This document shows positions 17,162 to 25,120 of a stretch of 39,298 nt of DNA, piece by piece (position 1 is the stretch's first letter; each line of letters opens with the position of its first letter). A program made the position numbers and the translations under genes. This DNA is from Candidatus Woesearchaeota archaeon (GTDB lineage Archaea > Nanobdellota > Nanobdellia > Pacearchaeales > GW2011-AR1), in contig CAYUEW010000002.1 in assembly GCA_964444095.1 (NCBI GenBank), positions 1 through 39,298 of the forward strand, written 5' to 3'. The notes below the pieces were generated by a model, which searched no databases, was not told the origin of the DNA, and saw nothing but the letters and a program-made list of their open reading frames with translations.

Positions 17162-17305
17162 TAAAATAAGATTAAAGAAGTGTAGGAGAAAGAATACCGA
17201 AGCATTCAACACTAACCGAAGTCAATGCCTCCTACAAAATATCTTGATTCTGAGGGTATTTAAACATATCTAAGCATTTGAGAGTGATATCAAGGAACTT
17301 AAAAA

Positions 17306-17457
17306 ATAATGTGGGAGACAACTCATCTCCAGAGAAGTCGTTATGAATAAAATATTTGTCGCTTCTCTAAAAGCTCGGGATTCGAAAACCTGCTTAGCAC
17401 AAAAATAGATTTGAATTTAAGCGACTTTGCAATTCTCAAAGAATTTAAATCCTGTCT
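17306..17457. repeat. tRNA-Leu-derived fragments in the tRNA-Leu 3' flank
   Basis: Three pieces are present. 17306-17320 (ataatgtgggagaca) resembles the tRNA 3' end plus flank at 17467-17482. 17378-17400 (ggattcgaaaacctgcttagcac) resembles the T-arm/variable arm at 17483-17507. 17448-17457 (aatcctgtct) is the exact reverse complement of 17478-17487. Confidence 0.55.
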
Positions 17458-17471
17458 AGCGACAGAATAAA

Positions 17472-17555
17472 TGCGGGAGACAGGATTCGAACCTGCGTAG
17501 GCACTAAGCCACAGCCTCTTAAGGGCTGCCCATTTGGCCACTCTGGAACCCCCGC
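17472..17555 (-). tRNA. tRNA-Leu (anticodon UAA), type II
   Basis: The hand fold is GCGGGGG-TT-CCA..TGG-G-CAGCC-CTTAAGA-GGCTG, then a 15-nt variable arm, then GCAGG-TTCGAAT-CCTGT-CTCCCGC-A. Length is 84 nt. Confidence 0.85.
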
Positions 17556-17600
17556 TTGAGTAATCTTTTGAATAGAATTCTACTTAAAAATTTAACTAAA

Positions 17601-17828
17601 TTATTTCTTTTTCTCTATTTTCACACCAAGTTCTTCAAGGCGTTTGATATGTGCTTGCATAACAGCTTCTACATTCTGAATCATTTTGAACAATTCATTT
17701 CGCTCATTAACTAAAGTGTTAAGCGCACCTTGATGAAAACCAATTTCTGTCTCTTTTGAAACCGCAGGAGTTTCTGGCGCTTTGTTATTCAATGCTTCCT
17801 CGAGATTTGATTTATCTATATTTGTCAT
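17601..17828 (-). CDS. Small hypothetical coiled-coil protein (75 aa)
   Basis: A clean ORF between two tRNA genes with plausible composition and no recognisable motif. Confidence 0.45.
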   Translation of the reverse strand: MTNIDKSNLEEALNNKAPETPAVSKETEIGFHQGALNTLVNERNELFKMIQNVEAVMQAHIKRLEELGVKIEKKK

Positions 17829-17874
17829 ATTATTATGTATAAAACTCTCTTATAAAGTTTTGCAAGCCTCAGAC

Positions 17875-17946
17875 AAGATTTGAACTTGCGACCTTTTCAT
17901 TACGAGTGAAATGCTCTACCACTGAGCTACTGAGGCAGGATTTTGC
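17875..17946 (-). tRNA. tRNA-Thr (anticodon CGU)
   Basis: The hand fold is GCCTCAG-TA-GCTC-AGTGGTA-GAGC-A-TTTCA-CTCGTAA-TGAAA-AGGTC-GCAAG-TTCAAAT-CTTGT-CTGAGGC-T. Length is 72 nt. Confidence 0.85.
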
Positions 17947-17947
17947 T

Positions 17948-18015
17948 CAGGGGTTCGAAGCTTGTCTTCGAGAGCGAAGCGAACTACCACTGAGCTACTG
18001 AGGCATTACGCGAAT
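17948..18015 (-). repeat. Terminus-duplication module at tRNA-Thr: 46-nt spacer plus exact 22-nt copy of the tRNA 5' end
   Basis: 17994-18015 is identical to 17926-17947 (ctaccactgagctactgaggca). The spacer 17948-17993 carries gctcag (17955-17960), the inverse of ctgagc inside the repeat. Read as RNA the unit looks like a collapsed tRNA: a CTTCG-CTCT-CGAAG stem with a 4-nt loop and no anticodon. Confidence 0.6.
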
Positions 18016-18022
18016 GCCTTAT

Positions 18023-18319
18023 TTATTTTTCCTTAGCAGAAAACAATAAACACATACAATGTCCTTCAAGTTCTATTTCTCCCCGATGGAATACACAAGG
18101 GCAGACAATCTCTTTATCTTTCTTTTTATCTCCTGTGGCAACACGGCACGGGCAATAAATATCTCCTTTTGTCTGTTTATTTTTCAACAATCCTGTTATG
18201 ACTCCATCAACAATTTTTTCGTCAGGATTCAATCTTATTCCAACTTCTTGCGCATATTTCTCTGCACTTTTCTTTAAATCTTCTGGGTTCTTGGATTTAA
18301 ATTTTTGTCCTATTTTCAT
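18023..18319 (-). CDS. Ferredoxin:thioredoxin reductase catalytic-subunit-like protein
   Basis: The Cys pattern CPCR-x16-CPC-x-F-H-x10-GHCMCLLF matches the FTR beta-chain CPC..CPC..CHC signature. Length is 98 aa. Confidence 0.7.
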   Translation of the reverse strand: MKIGQKFKSKNPEDLKKSAEKYAQEVGIRLNPDEKIVDGVITGLLKNKQTKGDIYCPCRVATGDKKKDKEIVCPCVFHRGEIELEGHCMCLLFSAKEK

Positions 18320-18363
18320 AAACTTTATAATCTCTTTTCGTTTTTATATCTTATGAAAGCGCA

Positions 18364-20094
18364 ATGAAAAATTTAAATTCATTCGTTTTCTGGAAAAACC
18401 AAATGAAAGAGGCAGTAGTTAAAGTTCTAAAGAAAGCGTTAAAAAAGCAGAAGATTAATTTGAAAGATAAAGAGATAGAAGATGTTATAGAAATTCCGCC
18501 TTCTTCAGAGATGGGGGATTTTTCGTTTCCTTGTTTTTTTCTTGCAGGACAGCTTAAACAAAATCCAGTGCAAATTGCTTTAGAATTAAGAGAAAAAATT
18601 GGGAACCATCCTGTAATGGAATTTGAAGATATTCAAACTTCTGGCGCGTATATTAATTTTTTCTTGAATAGAAAAGATCTCGCACGGAAAACTGTTTGGG
18701 AAATTTTAACACAAAAAGCAAAATATGGACAAATGAATTTTGGCAAAAAGAAAAAAATTCTTGTTGAGTTTTCTTCACCAAATCTTGCAAAACCATTTGG
18801 AATTGGACATTTGAGGTCTACAATAATCGGAAATTCTATTGCAAATATTTGTGAGTTTGAAGGTTTCAAGGCAGTAAGAATAAATTACTTAGGAGATTGG
18901 GGAACTCAATTCGGAAAACTTTTGTTGGGTTATGAGAAATTTGGGAGTGAAAAGAAATTGCAAAAAGATCCCATGAAACATTTAGTTGATATTTATGTAA
19001 AAATAAACAAGGACAAAAAATATGAAGGAAAATCTAAAGAGTGGTTTAAGAAACTAGAAGAAAAAGATAAAACCGCACTGATGTTATGGAAAGTGTTCAA
19101 AGATTTGAGTCTGGTTGAATTTAAAAAACTCTACAAAATTTTCGGCGTGGAATTTGATGAATATGCAAGTGAATCTATGTATCATAAAAAGATGAACAGC
19201 ATTCTGGGAGAATTAAAAGAGAAAAAACTTTTGAAAAAAAGCCAAGGTGCCGAAATTGTAGATCTTAATGAATTTGGGTTGGGTGTTTGTTTAATAGAAA
19301 AAAGCGATGGAACCAGTCTTTATGCAACAAGGGATATTGCCGCAGCGATTGCAAGACACAAGAAACATCAGTTTACAAAAATGATTTATGAGGTTGGGCA
19401 AGAACAAACATTGCATTTTAAGCAAATATTCAAGGTATTAGAATTAATGGGTTACAAATGGGCAAAAGAATGTGTCCACGCAGGACACGGACTTTATCTT
19501 GATAAAGATGGAAAGAAATTTTCAACTAGAAAAGGAAAAACAGTTTTTATAAAAGATATTTTAGAAGAGACAACAGAATTGGCGAGAAAAGAAATTAAAA
19601 AAAGAACACCGAAAATTTCAAAGAAAAAATTAGAAGAGCGTGCATTAAAAATTGCAATCGCAGCAATTTTCTACGGAGATTTAAAAAATAACCGTCTTAA
19701 CGATATTGTTTTTGACATCAAAAAATTCATTTCGTTTGAAGGAGACACAGGACCTTATTTACAATACAGTTATGCAAGAGCTTCTTCAATTTTAAAGAAG
19801 ACAAAAAACCAAGAGAAATTTAAGGTCTATGATTTAGAGGCCAAAGAAATTGAATTAGTAAAAAAACTTTCTCAGTTTTCAGAAGTCGTTCTTAATGCGT
19901 ATAAAAACTTGAGCCCATCTATAATCGCAAACTATTCTTTTCAATTAGCAAAAGTTTTCAATGAATTTTATCATGCTTGTCCTGTAATTGGTTCAAAACA
20001 AGAAGCATTTCGTTTAGCGTTGGTAGAAGCCTTCAGACAAATCCTAAAAAATTCTCTTCGGCTTTTAGGAATAGATGTCCTGGAAGAGATGTAA
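18364..20094 (+). CDS. argS: Arginyl-tRNA synthetase
   Basis: The HIGH region is SSPNLAKPFGIGHLRSTIIGNS. Other matches are ..LYATRDIAAA.. and a KMSKS-equivalent FSTRKGK. The C-terminal anticodon-binding domain ends ..EEM. The start may be an internal Met. Confidence 0.9.
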   Translation: MKNLNSFVFWKNQMKEAVVKVLKKALKKQKINLKDKEIEDVIEIPPSSEMGDFSFPCFFLAGQLKQNPVQIALELREKIGNHPVMEFEDIQTSGAYINFFLNRKDLARKTVWEILTQKAKYGQMNFGKKKKILVEFSSPNLAKPFGIGHLRSTIIGNSIANICEFEGFKAVRINYLGDWGTQFGKLLLGYEKFGSEKKLQKDPMKHLVDIYVKINKDKKYEGKSKEWFKKLEEKDKTALMLWKVFKDLSLVEFKKLYKIFGVEFDEYASESMYHKKMNSILGELKEKKLLKKSQGAEIVDLNEFGLGVCLIEKSDGTSLYATRDIAAAIARHKKHQFTKMIYEVGQEQTLHFKQIFKVLELMGYKWAKECVHAGHGLYLDKDGKKFSTRKGKTVFIKDILEETTELARKEIKKRTPKISKKKLEERALKIAIAAIFYGDLKNNRLNDIVFDIKKFISFEGDTGPYLQYSYARASSILKKTKNQEKFKVYDLEAKEIELVKKLSQFSEVVLNAYKNLSPSIIANYSFQLAKVFNEFYHACPVIGSKQEAFRLALVEAFRQILKNSLRLLGIDVLEEM

Positions 20095-20153
20095 TCAAAA
20101 TTTATTTAAACTCTTTTTTCTTTAAACAATTGAAAAGGAGGTAAGAAAAATAG

Positions 20154-20606
20154 ATGGTTCAAACAAAAAAGATGAATGAATCTTTCTTTGCACAACTTTT
20201 AAAAGATTTTAATGTTGTTGGAGAAGTGATTAGGGCGCGTCAAGACGAGAAACAAGGGCTGCTAAATCAGTTTGATAGTGAATGCAAAAGATTTTTCTTC
20301 GGTAAAATTTCTGAAAAAGCTTTAGTGTCTTCGGTTCAAAAAACTAACAAAGAACTTCAGCGATTAGATTCTGAAATAAGAGCAAATATATCTCGAGCAA
20401 GAAGAATATCAGAGAAGGCTGCAAGGCTTACTTCGGCACAAGCACCCCACGCTTTTAGAGCAACACTTTCCGGAATAATCGGAGGAGATAAAAAGAAAAA
20501 AGTTGTAAGGAAAAAACCTGTAGCAAAAAAGAAAGTTGTAAGAAAAGCTCCTAAGAAAAAAGTTGCAAAGAAGACTTCAAAAAAGAAAACTACGAGGAAA
20601 AAATAA
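20154..20606 (+). CDS. Hypothetical protein with Lys-rich H1-like C-terminal tail
   Basis: A GGAGG Shine-Dalgarno lies upstream. The layout is a helical N-domain followed by a roughly 40-aa tail, KKKKVVRKKPVAKKKVVRKAPKKKVAKKTSKKKTTRKK. Confidence 0.55.
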   Translation: MVQTKKMNESFFAQLLKDFNVVGEVIRARQDEKQGLLNQFDSECKRFFFGKISEKALVSSVQKTNKELQRLDSEIRANISRARRISEKAARLTSAQAPHAFRATLSGIIGGDKKKKVVRKKPVAKKKVVRKAPKKKVAKKTSKKKTTRKK

Positions 20607-20690
20607 TTTTTTTTATTTTTAATTTTATCAAAACTTATTTAAAGCACACTCTTGTTATACGAGTATAATTAAATAAAAAAGGAGGTAGAA

Positions 20691-20891
20691 ATGGTTGGAA
20701 AAAAAGTGAAAAGTTTGTTAAACTTTGTTATGTGGTTAACAGGTGTAATCGTATCATTAGCTGTAGGTTTTGCATTAGCTGATGGAGTTCTTTACGTTAG
20801 ATGGATTCCAGATATGGTAACACAAGTTGCTGGGTGGATTGTAGTTTTAACAACTTTAATCAGTGCTGTATTAGCATTACTTAAGAAATAA
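20691..20891 (+). CDS. Small two-TM membrane protein (66 aa)
   Basis: A GGAGG Shine-Dalgarno lies 7 nt upstream. There are two hydrophobic helices. Confidence 0.5.
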   Translation: MVGKKVKSLLNFVMWLTGVIVSLAVGFALADGVLYVRWIPDMVTQVAGWIVVLTTLISAVLALLKK

Positions 20892-20960
20892 ATTTTCTTT
20901 TATCTACTTCTTTTATTTTTCTTTTTTTAAATTTTTTAAAAATAGTTTATCGTATTGAAT

Positions 20961-21027
20961 TTATTTAACAGGTTTCATATCTTCCGGCAATTTGTTCCTA
21001 AAATTATAGCGGATATGAAAATAATTC
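20961..21027. repeat. Terminus-duplication module at the TrmB-family gene 3' end: exact 23-nt copy plus 44-nt spacer
   Basis: 20961-20983 is identical to 21028-21050 (ttatttaacaggtttcatatctt, the stop codon plus the last 7 codons of the gene). The spacer carries gatatgaaa (21012-21020), the exact inverse of tttcatatc inside the repeat. Confidence 0.6.
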
Positions 21028-21834
21028 TTATTTAACAGGTTTCATATCTTTCCATGCAAGTTCAAATAATTGTTCTAATGCTTGAGCAAAGAATTCAGTA
21101 TTCACCCAAACACCCACATCATAATTTGGATGAAACTTTTCATCATCAAGCAACATGAACATCACTTGATTTGAATCAATAATAATAAATCTTGCTTTCA
21201 TTCCTTCAAGTTTTCTAACATCTGCAACTTTCTTAAAATCTTTTGCAACCTTAAGATTATTCGCATCAACAGGAGCAGCAATTCTAACCTTTACGCCTCT
21301 TTTTTTACATCCTTCTAAACTCCCCATTAATGTTTCAAGTTTTCTATTCAAACCTTCATTTGTTGTTACAATTGTTACAGATTTTTCTGCGTCTCTTACC
21401 ATCATATCTATATGATTATACAAATTTTGTCTTCCTTTCAAACTTCCAGATAAATCTGAAGGTTCAACAAATTTAATTCCTTTAGTAAAAAGAGAATTTA
21501 ATTCTTCTAAAACTTCGTCGTCTTTTAATTTATCTAATCTCTCTGCTTTTTCTTTTGCATGTCTTACTAAATTCTTTTTTACACGTTCAACAACTTCTCC
21601 TGGTTTTAATGCTATGAATTTTATTGGTTTTCCAAGTTTCATAATCACAAATCCTTTTTTCTCTAAACTTTCTAAGATATCATAAGTCCTACTTCGAGGA
21701 ACATCAGAAATATTGCTTAATTCTCCTGCAGTGCTCGTTCCTCTTGAAAGAAGCGCAGTCCAAACTTTTACTTCATATAAATTTAAATCAAAAATTTTTC
21801 TCAGCCTGCTCAAAAATTCTTCCTTGACAATCAT
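21028..21834 (-). CDS. TrmB-family transcriptional regulator
   Basis: The N-terminal winged helix reads YEVKVWTALLSRGTSTAGELSNISDVPRSRTYDILESLEKKGFV. A C-terminal effector-like domain follows. Length is 268 aa. Confidence 0.8.
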   Translation of the reverse strand: MIVKEEFLSRLRKIFDLNLYEVKVWTALLSRGTSTAGELSNISDVPRSRTYDILESLEKKGFVIMKLGKPIKFIALKPGEVVERVKKNLVRHAKEKAERLDKLKDDEVLEELNSLFTKGIKFVEPSDLSGSLKGRQNLYNHIDMMVRDAEKSVTIVTTNEGLNRKLETLMGSLEGCKKRGVKVRIAAPVDANNLKVAKDFKKVADVRKLEGMKARFIIIDSNQVMFMLLDDEKFHPNYDVGVWVNTEFFAQALEQLFELAWKDMKPVK

Positions 21835-21909
21835 TTTTTTATTTAGGAGTTTTTCTTTTTAAAGATTGTTATGGTAAAAGAGTAAATCTATTCACTTACT
21901 AAGCAGTAG

Positions 21910-24732
21910 TTATTTTACTCCTATCCATCCATCTTTATCTTTAATTTTAAAGTCGATTTTGTTTTTAAATCTTTCCTTGCCAGTTGTAACAATTTCTAAT
22001 CTTTTAGAATTTGTTCGCTCTTGAATAAACTTTTTTTGTTTCTCTAAACTTTTTTTAAAATCCTCGTCGACGATAATGCATGTTTCAACTTTATCTGTTT
22101 TTTGCAATCCAAGTTTTTTTCTAAATGCTTGAACTTTTCGAGAAATTTCCCGAGCATAACCTTCTGCTTCAAGTTCCGGAGTTGTTTTAATATCAAATTC
22201 TACTTTCCACTCTTTCTGAGAAGCCTTTTTCCACACGACCTTTTTAACGTTTAATTGGGATTTGGTCAAATCTTCAAAGGACTTATTCAATTTTTTTGGA
22301 AGATAAAGTGTTGCACTTGCTAAAGGCCATTTTAACCCAATTTTAACTTTCTCTCTTTCTGCTAAACCCAGTTCGATAATTTTAGAGAACCCATTCATTT
22401 CTTCTTCTAAGTCTTTGTCAATTCTTTTCTTCTCTACTTTTGGCCAATCGCATAAGTGAACAGATTCTTCTTTCACAATTTTTTTTGCTTTCAAATCTTG
22501 CCACGCTCTTTCTGAGATGAACGGAATGATTGGTGCACATAATTTTAAGAGGGTTGTATAAACTTCTTTTAAAACAAATTTAGCAATCTTATCTTCTTTT
22601 GAAATTCTTTCTCTGACAATTTGAATGTAAGTTCTACTAAAATCATTTAACCAAAAATCTCTTATGGCTCTTGTTGCCAAATGAGGATGCATTTTCTCAA
22701 ATTCTTCTGTAGCTGTTTTTACCAACCCATTAAGCCGACTCAAAATCCATTTATCTTCAATCTTGCTTACTTTTTTTGTTTTTGAATCTTCGATTAATCT
22801 AGAAAGATTATATAAAATATTAATATTATTTTTAGGATCTTTGGCAACATTATATCCAAATTTCAATTCTTGAGAGGGGTCTTGCAAGCAGTAAAGCAAC
22901 CGCATTGTGTCTGCACCTATTTTTTCTGCAGCATCATCAAACCAAATTGCATTACCTTTGCTCTTATGCATTTCATTTCCTTTCTCATCTTTCAGGGTTT
23001 CGTAACCGAATAAAGATTTGAAGGGAGCTTTTCCTGTTATAGCTACACTTGCCCAGTACAATGCATTGAACCAACCTCGTGATTGTCCAGGCATACTCTC
23101 TGAAATAAAATCCGCAGGAAACCATTTATTCCAATGTTTTTTATTGGTCAAATAATTTAATGTAGAGAAAGAAATAATTCCAGCATCTAACCATGCATCT
23201 CCCACATCTTTAACTCTTTCAACTTCTTTTTTACATTTAGGACATTTTATTTTTATTTCATCAATCCAAGGGCGGTGGAGTTCAGGAAGTCTATCAACTT
23301 TCTTTTTGTCGATTGCCTTTTTCCTCAATTCTTTCAAACTACCAAAAACTTCAATATGTCCACAAGAACATTCCCAAATTGGCAAAGGTAATCCCCAATA
23401 CCTCTTCCGAGAAATCAACCAATCTCCCATATTATCAAACCAATCATTTTGTCGAATCTTTCCATATTCAGGAAACCAATTCACTTTATTATTTTCTGAC
23501 TTTAATTTCTTTCTAAATTCTTCTGTACATTTTACATACCACTCATCAACTAGTCTGAAAACTAACTCCTCTCCACATCTCCAACAGTGAGGATATCTAT
23601 GTTTGTAAGGTTCTATTTTGTAGGCAAATCCTCTAGATTCTAAATCTTCCAAAACCATTTCATTTACTTCAGAATATTTTTTACCACTAAATTCTCCAAA
23701 TTCTTTTGAATAAATTCCTGCTTCATCAAGCGGAGAAATTGAAGGCACCTTCAAAGTCTTTCCTAATTCATAATCTTCTGCTCCACAACCGGGTGCAATA
23801 TGAACAATACCTGTTCCTTCTTCTTCTGAAGCCAAATCCCAGAGAACAACTTTGTGAGGAGAATTTTTCTGCACAGAAAAATCTTTGTAAGGCATTTCAT
23901 ATTCAATTCCTTCAAGGGCCGCGCCTTTTTTCTTTTCAAGAATCTTATACTCTCCTTTTAATTCTTGTAATCTTTCTTTTGCTAACCAATATTTCTTTCC
24001 ATCATTTTTCACTTTAACATAATCTAACTTTTTATTTACGGCAATCAAAACATTTGCAGGAACTGTCCAAGGGGTGGTAGTAAAAATCAAAAAATATTCA
24101 TCTTTTTTATTCTTTAAGGGAAATTGCATAAACAATGCTTTATGTACAACTTCTTGATAACCTTCTGTAACAATATCATGTTTAGAAGAAGCAGTTCCGC
24201 ATCTGCAACACCAAGGCACGACATCGTTTCCTTTGTATAACCAACCCTTGTCAAAATATTTTTTCAACAAAAACCAATTATGGAGATTATTGTTGTCAGT
24301 CATTGTGTAATAAGAATTATCCCAGTCCATCCACATTCCAAGTCGAATTGATTGTTCTGTTTGAATTTTTGAATATTTTTCGACCCTTTTTTTACATGAA
24401 TTAACAAAATTAAGAATCCCGAATTTTTCTATATCTTTCTTATTTTTTAACCCTAATGCTTTTTCCTCTTCCCTTTCAACCCAAAGTCCTTGTGAATCAA
24501 ATCCGTTTTGATATCTTAACTCGTGTCCTTGCATAGCTTTGAATCGCTGGAATAAATCTTTGTAAGTCCTTCCCCAAGCATGGTGCACTCCCATCGGATT
24601 ATTTGCAGTAATTGGCCCATCAAAAAAACTCCACTTTTTCTTTCCCTTATTCTTCTTTACAAGTTTATCAAATACTTTTTTCTCTTTCCAAAATTTTAAT
24701 ACGCTCTCTTCGATTTCTTTGAAGTCATACAT
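21910..24732 (-). CDS. ileS: Isoleucyl-tRNA synthetase (class Ia aaRS, divergent HIGH region)
   Basis: IleRS-type motifs are VVPWCCRCGTASSKHD, YPHCWRCGEELVFRLVDEWY, DWLISRKRYWGLPLPIW and the KMSKS loop EMHKSKGN..GADTMRL. The HIGH region is atypical (NNPMGVHHAWGRTYKD). Confidence 0.75.
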   Translation of the reverse strand: MYDFKEIEESVLKFWKEKKVFDKLVKKNKGKKKWSFFDGPITANNPMGVHHAWGRTYKDLFQRFKAMQGHELRYQNGFDSQGLWVEREEEKALGLKNKKDIEKFGILNFVNSCKKRVEKYSKIQTEQSIRLGMWMDWDNSYYTMTDNNNLHNWFLLKKYFDKGWLYKGNDVVPWCCRCGTASSKHDIVTEGYQEVVHKALFMQFPLKNKKDEYFLIFTTTPWTVPANVLIAVNKKLDYVKVKNDGKKYWLAKERLQELKGEYKILEKKKGAALEGIEYEMPYKDFSVQKNSPHKVVLWDLASEEEGTGIVHIAPGCGAEDYELGKTLKVPSISPLDEAGIYSKEFGEFSGKKYSEVNEMVLEDLESRGFAYKIEPYKHRYPHCWRCGEELVFRLVDEWYVKCTEEFRKKLKSENNKVNWFPEYGKIRQNDWFDNMGDWLISRKRYWGLPLPIWECSCGHIEVFGSLKELRKKAIDKKKVDRLPELHRPWIDEIKIKCPKCKKEVERVKDVGDAWLDAGIISFSTLNYLTNKKHWNKWFPADFISESMPGQSRGWFNALYWASVAITGKAPFKSLFGYETLKDEKGNEMHKSKGNAIWFDDAAEKIGADTMRLLYCLQDPSQELKFGYNVAKDPKNNINILYNLSRLIEDSKTKKVSKIEDKWILSRLNGLVKTATEEFEKMHPHLATRAIRDFWLNDFSRTYIQIVRERISKEDKIAKFVLKEVYTTLLKLCAPIIPFISERAWQDLKAKKIVKEESVHLCDWPKVEKKRIDKDLEEEMNGFSKIIELGLAEREKVKIGLKWPLASATLYLPKKLNKSFEDLTKSQLNVKKVVWKKASQKEWKVEFDIKTTPELEAEGYAREISRKVQAFRKKLGLQKTDKVETCIIVDEDFKKSLEKQKKFIQERTNSKRLEIVTTGKERFKNKIDFKIKDKDGWIGVK

Positions 24733-25120
24733 TTTTTTATATGGTGTTTAAGATTTTTAAAATGATTGATGCGCAAGTTGAAAACTTGCAATTTAGATAA
24801 TAATAGCTATAATAGAAATAATTCCCTTCTGAATTTTGTGCATAGCCATAACTTAACTAAATAAAATGTATTTTTAAATATTGTCTTCTACTTTCTAAAT
24901 CTTTAAATAAAGAAAATTTCTGAGAGAGTAATGCACATAAATGAAAAGATACAACAACTCTCTTTTGGGAAGCGATTGGAATTAGGAGTGAGGGTTGCAA
25001 ACGTTTTAACATATCCAGAAAATTATTCTAAACTTTGTGCACCATATTCTAATGGAGAAAATGGTCAAGATGGATTAGAAGTTGAAAGAAAAGTTTATAC
25101 TGAGATGTTTGAAAAATAAT

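Noticed and set aside
17341-17541. 66-aa minus-strand ORF
   Set aside because: It overlaps tRNA-Leu and the tRNA-derived debris. The tRNA call is far stronger.
17926-18015. Possibility that the 63-68 bp periodic repeats are mini CRISPR arrays
   Set aside because: There are only two repeat copies per locus. The repeat sequence differs at each locus and is part of a gene, and there are no cas genes.
17948-18015. Second functional tRNA-Thr, or an intron-containing or split tRNA, upstream of tRNA-Thr
   Set aside because: The D-stem cannot close. The putative anticodon stem has a 4-nt loop with no anticodon, and the T-arm does not pair. I could not build a bulge-helix-bulge motif. I kept it as a repeat module instead.
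24931-25119. 62-aa plus-strand ORF in the ileS-dphB intergenic region
   Set aside because: It has no Shine-Dalgarno and no recognisable motif, and it lies in a region expected to hold the ileS promoter. It may be real, but the sequence alone does not support it.
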